The notes beneath the pieces are model-generated. The model ran no database searches. It was not told where the DNA came from and worked only from the letters and a program-made list of their open reading frames with translations. Source: Candidatus Krumholzibacteriia bacterium (GTDB lineage Bacteria > Krumholzibacteriota > Krumholzibacteriia > LZORAL124-64-63). Taken from it: DNA of 64,000 bases. Shown piece by piece: positions 29,916 to 39,108 of this stretch. How positions within the stretch are numbered: the first letter of the stretch is position 1; every line of letters starts with the position of its first letter. Position numbers and translations under genes: made by a program. The stretch spans positions 1-64,000 of the forward strand of contig JAWOID010000112.1 in the NCBI GenBank assembly GCA_046484865.1, in the 5' to 3' direction.

Positions 29916-31312
29916 ACCGCACCGTCGGTGACGGTGCGCCCCTGATCCGCCTGCGCGACTGGTCGGTGACCCGGCGAGGCCCCGACGGGGAGCGGACCCT
30001 GCTCACCGGACTCGATCTCACGATCCATCGCGGCGAATGGGTGGCCCTGCTGGGATGCAACGGCAGCGGCAAGACCAGTCTGCTGCGCTATCTGGCCGGT
30101 GGCGACGCGCCGGTGGACGGGCGGGTCCGGCTGATGGCGCAGGATCCGGACGAGCAACTGGTGACGGCGAGCGTGCGGGACGAGCTGGCGCTCTGCGGCC
30201 TCACCGGGGCGGTGGCCGATGCCCGGCTGGCCGAGGCGGGACTGGCCGACCTCGCCGGTGTCGATCCGCTGCTGCTGTCCGCGGGCCAGAAACAGCGCCT
30301 CCAACTGGTGACCGCGCTGGCCGACGGACCGGATCTGCTGCTGGCCGACGAGCCGACCGCGCTCCAGGATCCCCCGCAGGCCGCCTGGTTGCTGGAACGA
30401 TTGCAGCGGTGGCGGAGCGCCGGCGGCGCCCTGCTCATGGCGTGCCAGGATCCGCGGGAACTGGAGGCCGCCGACCGCCTGCTGCTGCTGGAGAGCGGTC
30501 GAGTGGCCCTGGCGGGACCGGTGCCCGACCTGTGCGGACATCCGGCGGTCAGGGAGTTGCTCGCCCGGCCCGAGACGGCCGCGGGGGAGGCCGCCGGGGG
30601 CCCCCCGACCGCGGCCGGCGGCGCGGATTCCCCGTCAGGCGCGGCGGCGCCGGTGGTGGCCGCCTGGCGGGACCTGAGTTGCGCGCCGGGTGGGCGTCCG
30701 CTGTTCGCGGGCGTGAACCTGGTGATCCGCGCCGGGGAACGGCACGGAATCATCGGTCCCAGCGGCTGCGGCAAGAGCACCCTGCTGGGCGCTGCGGCGG
30801 GGCTCCACCGGCCGCGGCGAGGGTCGGTGACGGTGGTCGGTCGCGTGCTCTACGCCGGCGGCGACACGGATCTCGACCACGGTGTGGCATTGCTGGCCCC
30901 GCAGTTTCCCGAGTACGTCTTCACGCGCAGGAGCATCGCCGCCGAGGCGGCCCTCGACCCGGCCTTGCGGGCGACCACGCCCGCGGATCTGCTCGCCTCG
31001 GCCGGGCTGCCGCCCGGGTACGAAGATCGCGACCCGCGCGATCTCAGCACCGGACAGCGTCGCCGGCTGGCTCTGTCCCTGGTGCTGCGGTCGCGCCGGC
31101 CGCTGCTGCTGCTGGACGAACCCACCGCCGCCCTGGATGCCGCCGGCCGCCGCCAGGTGCAAGACCTGCTGGCGGACGCCGTGGACGACGCCACGGCGGT
31201 GGTGATCGCGTCTCACGACGAGGGCTTCCTGCGTGCCTGCGGCTGCCGGATCCACCGGCTCGGCGCGGGGGGGCTGAGGGAGGGGCCGAGGTCCGGGCCG
31301 GGGGGGGGCTGA
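29912..31312 (+). CDS. Dual-NBD ABC ATPase (ECF A-A'-like)
   Basis: GCNGSGKT/LSAGQ/LLADEPT and GPSGCGKS/LSTGQ/LLLDEPT/SHD; GTGA overlap with the upstream gene. Confidence 0.85.
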   Translation: MNRTVGDGAPLIRLRDWSVTRRGPDGERTLLTGLDLTIHRGEWVALLGCNGSGKTSLLRYLAGGDAPVDGRVRLMAQDPDEQLVTASVRDELALCGLTGAVADARLAEAGLADLAGVDPLLLSAGQKQRLQLVTALADGPDLLLADEPTALQDPPQAAWLLERLQRWRSAGGALLMACQDPRELEAADRLLLLESGRVALAGPVPDLCGHPAVRELLARPETAAGEAAGGPPTAAGGADSPSGAAAPVVAAWRDLSCAPGGRPLFAGVNLVIRAGERHGIIGPSGCGKSTLLGAAAGLHRPRRGSVTVVGRVLYAGGDTDLDHGVALLAPQFPEYVFTRRSIAAEAALDPALRATTPADLLASAGLPPGYEDRDPRDLSTGQRRRLALSLVLRSRRPLLLLDEPTAALDAAGRRQVQDLLADAVDDATAVVIASHDEGFLRACGCRIHRLGAGGLREGPRSGPGGG

Positions 31313-31333
31313 GCTGCCGCCGTCGATTGCGGC

Positions 31334-31362
31334 TTGCCTCGCAGCAGACCCGTTGCTAACAT
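31334..31362 (+). promoter_or_regulatory. Putative sigma70 promoter of the pyr operon
   Basis: TTGCCT-17-TAACAT with extended -10 TG. Confidence 0.55.
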
Positions 31363-31413
31363 CCCCGCGCGAGCCGGCGCACGGCCGGATCCCGCGGGCG
31401 CCGGCGAGCAGGG

Positions 31414-31444
31414 CGGCATGAGTGGTAGCGCTCGTGCCGTTTTT
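31414..31444 (+). terminator. Leader terminator (probable pyr attenuator)
   Basis: CGGCATGAGTG-GTAG-CGCTCGTGCCG-TTTTT between the promoter and pyrR start. Confidence 0.7.
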
Positions 31445-31482
31445 CGCGCCGGCTCCCCGCGACAGCCCTCCCGAGGTAGGCC

Positions 31483-32031
31483 ATGAGTCTGACCGAAAAA
31501 GCCGTGATCATGAACGCCAAGGAGATGGGCCGGGCCCTCAAGCGGATGGCCCACGAGATCCTCGAGGCCCAGAAGGGCACGGAGAATCTCGTGCTGCTGG
31601 GAGTGCAGCGGCGAGGCGTGCCGCTGGCGCGTCGCATCCAGGAGGTGATCCGCCAGGTGGAGGGGGTGGAGGTGCCCCTGGGTACGGTGGACATCACCTT
31701 CTACCGCGACGACCTCTCCACGCTCGGCCCGAGTCCGACCGTCTCCCGCACCGAGGTGCCGTTCGACATCAGTGGCCGGATCATCGTCCTGGTGGACGAC
31801 GTGCTCTACACCGGCCGCACCGTCCGCGCCGCCATGGACGAGATCATGGACTGGGGACGCCCCCAGGCCATCCGCCTCGCCGTCCTGATCGACCGAGGGC
31901 ATCGCGAGCTGCCCATCCGGCCCGACTATGTGGGCAAGAACGTGCCGACGTCGCAGCGGGAGGTCATCAAGGTTAAGGTCGAGGAGTTCGACGGCAAGGA
32001 GGAGGTCGCGGTGGCGGAGGTGCAGGATTGA
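31483..32031 (+). CDS. pyrR: Pyrimidine regulatory protein/UPRTase PyrR
   Basis: RMAHEI, DITFYRDDL, LVDDVLYTGRT, DRGHRELPIRPDYVGKN. Confidence 0.97.
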   Translation: MSLTEKAVIMNAKEMGRALKRMAHEILEAQKGTENLVLLGVQRRGVPLARRIQEVIRQVEGVEVPLGTVDITFYRDDLSTLGPSPTVSRTEVPFDISGRIIVLVDDVLYTGRTVRAAMDEIMDWGRPQAIRLAVLIDRGHRELPIRPDYVGKNVPTSQREVIKVKVEEFDGKEEVAVAEVQD

Positions 32032-32984
32032 TGATCCTCAAGCGCAAGGACGTGCTCGGCCTCGAGGAGCTTTCGGCCGAGGAGATCCTGGGGATCCTCG
32101 ACATGGCGGCGAGGTTCCGCGCCGTTTTCGATCGCCCCGTGCGCGGCGTGCCCATCATGCGCGGCCGCACGGTGGTGAACCTCTTCCATGAGCCGAGCAC
32201 CCGCACGCGGATCAGCTTCGAGCTGGCCGAGAAGCGGCTGTCGGCGGACATCGTGAACTTCAGCACCGAGTCCAGCAGCTTCAAGAAGGGCGAGACGCTC
32301 CGCGACACCGCCGAGAACCTGCAGGCCATGAAGATCGACATGCTCGTGGTGCGCCATGGCTCGTCGGGAGCGGCGCACTACCTGGCCGATGTGCTGAAGT
32401 GCTCGGTGATCAACGCCGGCGACGGGTGTCACGAGCATCCCACCCAGGGCCTCCTCGACATCATGACCATGCGCCAGCGCCTCGGCGACCTGCGAGGCAA
32501 GCGCGTGACCATCATCGGCGACATCGCCCACAGCCGCGTGGCTCGCTCGAACATCTGGGGCCTGACCAAGCTCGGCGCCCAGGTGACCGTGTGCGGACCG
32601 CCCACCATGGTGCCGGGCGGGATCGAGCGCATGGGGGTGCGGGTGGAGCACGACCTGCGGAGCGCGGTCGCCGAGGCCGACGTGCTGAACGTGCTGCGCA
32701 TCCAGCTCGAGCGGCACGCGGCCAGGGCGTTCCCCAGCAACCGCGAGTACCACCGCATGTACGGCATCACCGCCGAGGTGGTCCGCGGGCTCGGTCCGGA
32801 CACGTTCATCATGCATCCGGGGCCCATGAACCGCGACGTGGAGATCGCCGGCGATGTGGCGGACGGCCCGCGCCAGGTGATCCTCGACCAGGTGGCCAAC
32901 GGGGTCGCCGTGCGCATGGCGCTGATCTACCTGCTCTCCGGCGGAGAGCCGGGAGCGTTCGGGGCCGCCCCGGACAGGGAGTGA
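32028..32984 (+). CDS. pyrB: Aspartate carbamoyltransferase catalytic subunit
   Basis: EPSTRTRISFE, NAGDG.HEHPTQ, GDIAHSRVARS, MHPGP. Confidence 0.97.
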   Translation: MMILKRKDVLGLEELSAEEILGILDMAARFRAVFDRPVRGVPIMRGRTVVNLFHEPSTRTRISFELAEKRLSADIVNFSTESSSFKKGETLRDTAENLQAMKIDMLVVRHGSSGAAHYLADVLKCSVINAGDGCHEHPTQGLLDIMTMRQRLGDLRGKRVTIIGDIAHSRVARSNIWGLTKLGAQVTVCGPPTMVPGGIERMGVRVEHDLRSAVAEADVLNVLRIQLERHAARAFPSNREYHRMYGITAEVVRGLGPDTFIMHPGPMNRDVEIAGDVADGPRQVILDQVANGVAVRMALIYLLSGGEPGAFGAAPDRE

Positions 32985-33012
32985 AGCGGCCGCGGCCGCA
33001 GACGGAGGCGAG

Positions 33013-34335
<1,323 letters not shown>

Positions 34336-34417
34336 GACCCGGGAGGGGTGCGGCGCCGGACGGGGCGCCGCCCACCCGTCGGCCTCCCGGCCCCGGTACG
34401 GAAGGCCTCCGCTGACC

Positions 34418-36661
34418 ATGATCCGCCCATCGCATGCCCATCCGATCCGCCGCCCGGGTCGTTCCTGCCCAGGGTCCGCGGCTGTCCGGAGCAGCCCTCG
34501 ACGCCGCAGCCGCACGTTCCTGGTGCGGGCGGGGCGCCGCCGGGCCGCCGTCGCCTGTGGGGGCCTCCTGCTGGTGGTGCTGGCTCTCGGCGGCTGCGCC
34601 AAGTACAACACCTTCTACAACGCGGAGCAGGCCTTCGGGAGCGCGGAGCGGGCGCGCGAGGATCGGCTGAAGCGCAAGGAGGACGTCAGCGAGGTCGACT
34701 CGGCGCAGCGGGGAGATTACGAGCGCGCCATCCAGAAGGCGCAGAAGGTGATCGACCAGCATCCCGGCCATGCGCTCATCGATGATGCGCTCTTCCTGCA
34801 GGGGAAGGCGCACCACCGGCTGCAGAACCATCGGACGTCCATTCGCAAGCTCGACCTGCTCTTCACGAACTTTCCCGCCACGCGGTACGAGGAGGAGGCG
34901 CTCTTCCTGCAGGCGCTCAACTACATGCATCTGGGAAACGTCGCCACGAGCCAGGACTTCCTGGAGCGGCTGGACCGGCGCTATCCCGACAGCCGCTTCC
35001 AGGCCGAGGCGCTGAGGGTGAAGGGAGAGAGCAGTTTCGTTCTCGAACGCTGGGAACAGGCGCGGGATGCGTTCGAGGAGTACCGGACCCGTTTCCCGCA
35101 GGGCGAGGGGAAGCAGGCCATCGCCCTGAAGCTGGGCGAGACCTACTGGGAACTCGGGGACTACGAGTCGGTCGTTCCGGTGCTGCAGGACGTCCTGGAC
35201 AGTACCGCAGGGACGGAGGTGGGGTTCGATACCCGCCTGTTGCTGGCCCGGGCGCTGGGGCGGATCGGTCAGGCCGCGGAGGCCGAGTCGCTGCTGGCCG
35301 CGCTGCGCGACGAGGCCGAGGTCTACGCCCGGCAGGGAGAGGTGGCTCTGGCGCGCGCCGAGGTCACATCGAGCCGCGGCGACGACGGCGCGGCCGCGGC
35401 CATCCTGGAGAACATGCCACCGGAGTGGGGCACGCCGGTGGTGAACGCGCGCGCAGCTGACGTGCTCGGTTACGTGGCGCTGCGCCGGGGCGACTGGGAA
35501 CGGGCCCGCGAGCATTTCCAGAACGCGGTCCGCGGCCGCCGGGAACTGGACCAGCCCGAGCGCTCGGCGCAGATCCTGTCCATGCTCCAGGACTACCTCG
35601 CGGCCGAGGGCCGACTGCCCGATGCTTCGGGGCCCGAACGGTCGCGCCTGCTGCTGCTGCAGGCCAACGGCATGCTCTTCGCATTCGACCGTCCGCGGCA
35701 GGCGGCGGATCTCTTCCTCGAGGCTGCTCGCCACGAGGAGGCCGACAGCCTGGTGGCCGCCCGCGCCCTCTACGGCGCCCAGCTGGTCTACCGTCAGCAC
35801 CTGGACCTGCCGGACTCGGCCGCCTTGCTGGCGGCCGAGGTCCAGGAACGCTTTCCCGATTCCGCCCAGGCCTACGCCCTGAGCCAGGGCGCCCGGGGCG
35901 ATCTGCTGGCGTTCCTCCTGGAGCGGCGGGACGTTCAGCTGCAGGAGCGTCGCCAGGAAGGCGCGGTCGAGCCGGAGACCGTGATCGCAACCACGAGCCA
36001 GCAACTCTTCCCGCCCTCGGATACCGGCCTGCGCAGGCGCAAGATCTACCGGCAACGAGGCCCCGACATCGTGTTCGCCGCACCCGCGAGCGCCATCGCG
36101 GCCGCGGCTCGTCGCCAGGCCCCGACGGCGGCTGCCGCGGGCGCCCAGGATGCGGGCGCCACGGTTCCGGTGCCCGGTGTGGTCAGCGGCGGGATTCCCG
36201 GGACGGTGATCCCTCTTGCCGGCGTCCAGGCCCCGACCGCCGTACCCGACAGCGCCGTCGGGCCGCTGGAGGCGGCGGCCGCCCCGGATCTGCCCCAGGA
36301 AGAGCCCACCGTGGACGGTGCTGCGCCGGACCTGCCGCCGAGCGACCGGCCGGGCCCGGAGTCGCCCGGTGTGCAGCCGCTGCCGGAGTCGGGGCGCCTC
36401 GAACAGGAGCCTCTGGAAGAGGAGCGCCTCGAACAGGAGCGTCTGGAACGGGAACGGCTGGAACGGGAACGGCTGGAGCAGGAACGCCTCGAACGGGAAC
36501 GGCTGGAGCAGGAGCGGCTGGAGCAGCTGCGCCGTGAGGAGGAGGAGGTGCGCAAGCGCGAGGAACGGCGACGCCGCGCCTGGAGTCCGATCGGGGGTCA
36601 GGCGCCCCCGCCGGCGGAACCGGACACGAGCAGTGCCGGCACCGGTGGAGGGCGGCCGTGA
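34418..36661 (+). CDS. TPR lipoprotein (SprE/PorW- or BamD-like N-terminus) with low-complexity C-terminal tail
   Basis: Lipobox LGGC followed by AKYNTFYNA, multiple TPRs, Pro/Ala linker, RLE(Q/R)E repeats. Start uncertain. Confidence 0.8.
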   Translation: MIRPSHAHPIRRPGRSCPGSAAVRSSPRRRSRTFLVRAGRRRAAVACGGLLLVVLALGGCAKYNTFYNAEQAFGSAERAREDRLKRKEDVSEVDSAQRGDYERAIQKAQKVIDQHPGHALIDDALFLQGKAHHRLQNHRTSIRKLDLLFTNFPATRYEEEALFLQALNYMHLGNVATSQDFLERLDRRYPDSRFQAEALRVKGESSFVLERWEQARDAFEEYRTRFPQGEGKQAIALKLGETYWELGDYESVVPVLQDVLDSTAGTEVGFDTRLLLARALGRIGQAAEAESLLAALRDEAEVYARQGEVALARAEVTSSRGDDGAAAAILENMPPEWGTPVVNARAADVLGYVALRRGDWERAREHFQNAVRGRRELDQPERSAQILSMLQDYLAAEGRLPDASGPERSRLLLLQANGMLFAFDRPRQAADLFLEAARHEEADSLVAARALYGAQLVYRQHLDLPDSAALLAAEVQERFPDSAQAYALSQGARGDLLAFLLERRDVQLQERRQEGAVEPETVIATTSQQLFPPSDTGLRRRKIYRQRGPDIVFAAPASAIAAAARRQAPTAAAAGAQDAGATVPVPGVVSGGIPGTVIPLAGVQAPTAVPDSAVGPLEAAAAPDLPQEEPTVDGAAPDLPPSDRPGPESPGVQPLPESGRLEQEPLEEERLEQERLERERLERERLEQERLERERLEQERLEQLRREEEEVRKREERRRRAWSPIGGQAPPPAEPDTSSAGTGGGRP
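36395..36529 (+). repeat. 15-bp coding tandem repeat x9 (RLEQE/RLERE)
   Basis: Unit CG(C/G)CT(C/G)GA(A/G)C(A/G)GGA(A/G) read directly; one variant copy encodes PLEEE. Confidence 0.9.
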
Positions 36662-37644
36662 GCGAAGGGCGGGCAGGCGCCGAGCGGCTGATCGCGCGGA
36701 TCACGGCCAACGCACCTGTCTCGGCGGGCCTGCTGCGGCTGGACCTGGAATTGACCCATCCGGTGGACTTCGAGCCGGGTCAGTTCACCATGCTGAACCT
36801 GCTGGGCGACCGCGAACTGGTCTTCGGGCGCCCGTTCTCCATCCTGGCCGCGGACGGACCGCAGGTGAGCGTCCTCTATCGCGTGGTGGGACGCGGCACG
36901 GCGTTGATGGCGGAACTCCGACGCGGAGAGCGCATGACGTTCCTCGGACCCCTCGGACGGCCGTTTCCCGCCCCCGGCGAGCTGCCGGCGCTGCTGCTGG
37001 CCGGCGGCGTGGGTCTGCCGCCCCTCTATGCCTGGTGGCGCCGTTACGCCCGCCCGGGCGACGTCGCGTGCTTCGGCGCCCGCGACGGCGCCGATGTCCC
37101 CTGGAGCCTGCTGGACGGCTGGAACGTGAGCGTGGAAGCCCCGTCGAGACTGCCGGCCGGCCGCGACGGCTTCGTGGGGCTGGTGACCGACCTCGCCCGC
37201 GATCTGGCCGCACAGCCGCCGCCCGGTTCGCCGCAGCCGCTGCCCGGTTCGCCGCAGCCGCTCCCCGGCTCGCCGCAGCCACTGTCCGGTGCGCCGCAGC
37301 CGGCGCCCGGCACGCCGCAGCCGGCGCCCGGCACGCTGCCCTCGCTGACGGGCTGGCGCCTCCTGGCCTGCGGGCCGATGCCGCTGCTGCGCGCCGTCGC
37401 ACGCTGGGCCCAGGAGACCGGCTGGCCTTGCCTGGTCTCCGTCGAGGAGCACATGGGCTGCGGTTACGGAGTGTGCAAGGGGTGCGTGGTCCCGCTGCGA
37501 GATCCCCGGGCGGACAGCCTGCCCCTGGCCGACCGTCCGTTCCGCCCGGCGACGAGCTGCGAGGTGGGCCCGGTGTTCGCGGCCGAGCAGATCGACTGGG
37601 AGCTGTTCGGCCGATCGAGCGTGTCCTCGGGAGGCGACCCATGA
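36658..37644 (+). CDS. pyrK: Dihydroorotate dehydrogenase electron transfer subunit
   Basis: PGQF, RPFSI, GPLG, AGGVGLPP, ACGPMP, MGCGYGVCKGC...C..GPVF. Confidence 0.9.
   Translation: MSEGRAGAERLIARITANAPVSAGLLRLDLELTHPVDFEPGQFTMLNLLGDRELVFGRPFSILAADGPQVSVLYRVVGRGTALMAELRRGERMTFLGPLGRPFPAPGELPALLLAGGVGLPPLYAWWRRYARPGDVACFGARDGADVPWSLLDGWNVSVEAPSRLPAGRDGFVGLVTDLARDLAAQPPPGSPQPLPGSPQPLPGSPQPLSGAPQPAPGTPQPAPGTLPSLTGWRLLACGPMPLLRAVARWAQETGWPCLVSVEEHMGCGYGVCKGCVVPLRDPRADSLPLADRPFRPATSCEVGPVFAAEQIDWELFGRSSVSSGGDP
37213..37338 (+). repeat. 21-bp coding tandem repeat x6 (QPLPGSP-like) inside pyrK
   Basis: CAGCCGCTGCCCGGTTCGCCG and variants. Confidence 0.92.
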
Positions 37645-38645
37645 CCGCAGGAAAGGCGCCCCGGTCGTATCCGGCTTTCGAAGCTGCCGGGGCGCAGACG
37701 TCGGAACTTCCGGGCTGGTGGCGGACCGATCCTTGCGCCCCCTTCCGCCTGGGTCCACGCGAGTTCCCGGGGCGGGTGTGGACCGCATCCGGCTGCTTCG
37801 GCTACGGACTGGCGGCTCACGACGTCAGCAGCGAGGAGTCGCCGAGCCCGTACCAGGGGCTCGGCGCGGTGGTGACGAAGACGGTCACGCCGAAATCACG
37901 GCCCGGCAATCCGATGCCCCGGCTGGTGGAGCTTCCCTGGGGCGCGCTCAACAGCATCGGCCTGGAGAACGTCGGCTTCGACGCCTTCGTGGACGAGGTG
38001 TTGCCCGCGCTCGAGGAGCGGGCGGTCCCGACCGTCGTGAGCCTCGCCGCCACCCGGCCCGACGAGTTCGCGTCCATGGCCCGCAGACTCCACGAGGCGG
38101 GACGGCACCTGAGGCACTGGCACGGGGTGGAACTCAACCTCAGCTGCCCGAATATCGCCGAGGGCGGACATGATTTCGGCAGCGATCCGGCGACCGTGCG
38201 GGCGTGTGCCGAAGCGGCCCGCTCCGAGTTGCCGGATCGTGCTCTGCTCGCCAAGCTCACGCCCAATGTGGCGAGTCCGGTGCCGCTGGCCGTGGCTGCA
38301 CGCGACGGAGGCGTCGATGCCGTCGTCGCGATCAACACCGTCCTGGGGCTCGACGTGGACCTGGCCACCGGCCGCCCCGTCCTGCCGCGCCGGTTCGGCG
38401 GCTACAGCGGTCCGGCCCTGCTGCCCATCGCCCTCGCGCGGGTCGACGAGATCGTGCAGCGGGCCGCCGTTGCCGTGATCGGGGTTGGTGGGATCGTGAC
38501 CGCCGCGGATGCGCTGAAGTTCTTCGCGCTCGGCGCGGTGGCGGTGCAGGTGGGCACGGCTCAGATGCGCAACCCATTCGCAGCAGCGCAGGTGGCCGCG
38601 GACATGCGCCCACGGCCGACTCTGGCGCGGCTCGCGGATCAATAG
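37641..38645 (+). CDS. pyrD: Dihydroorotate dehydrogenase family 1B catalytic subunit
   Basis: TKTVT, NSIGLEN, ELNLSCPN, KLTPN, INT, GGYSG, GVGGI, VQVGT. Confidence 0.93.
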   Translation: MTAGKAPRSYPAFEAAGAQTSELPGWWRTDPCAPFRLGPREFPGRVWTASGCFGYGLAAHDVSSEESPSPYQGLGAVVTKTVTPKSRPGNPMPRLVELPWGALNSIGLENVGFDAFVDEVLPALEERAVPTVVSLAATRPDEFASMARRLHEAGRHLRHWHGVELNLSCPNIAEGGHDFGSDPATVRACAEAARSELPDRALLAKLTPNVASPVPLAVAARDGGVDAVVAINTVLGLDVDLATGRPVLPRRFGGYSGPALLPIALARVDEIVQRAAVAVIGVGGIVTAADALKFFALGAVAVQVGTAQMRNPFAAAQVAADMRPRPTLARLADQ

Positions 38646-38717
38646 AGGGGCCGGAGCCGTCCGACGACCACCCTCGCCCTGTGTGATCGCCCGGACGTTC
38701 CGGCCCAAGCCGACTCG

Positions 38718-38757
38718 ATGTCTCGTTGACCCTATGTCTCGTTGACCCGATGTCTCG
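38718..38757. repeat. 16-bp non-coding tandem repeat x2.5
   Basis: ATGTCTCGTTGACCCT / ATGTCTCGTTGACCCG / ATGTCTCG. Confidence 0.85.
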
Positions 38758-39108
38758 CGAACGTGCCCGCCCGGCTGCGTCCATGCTGGTTCGAATACGA
38801 CACGCTAACGACCGATGAATCCTGGCCGACAGACCGGTGGACGCAGCCGGGGGGTTGGAGAATGTCCTACTCCCCTACTTTGAACAACGCACGGGATGCT
38901 GATCTGGGTGCAGGATTTCCGGTGTGATCGAAGAATTTGTCATTCCGCGAAGAATGTTTTCGGCCCCGGTCCTGCAACTTGGCGGGCATGGTCAACCACG
39001 AACTCGACGATCCCCGCTGGAGGCCGACCCGTTGTCCGTCGCCGAAGTTGCAAGTACCACAGCCCGTTGCAATCAGGCTGGCGGTTCAAAGAGGGTTCTC
39101 AGGCAGGC

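Noticed and set aside
31300..31308. G9 tract as a phase-variation site
   Set aside because: It lies in the last codons of the ABC gene, so slippage would alter only the tail; G runs are common at this GC content.
36395..38757. Tandem repeats as CRISPR arrays
   Set aside because: There are no unique spacers, two arrays are in-frame coding repeats, and no cas genes are present.
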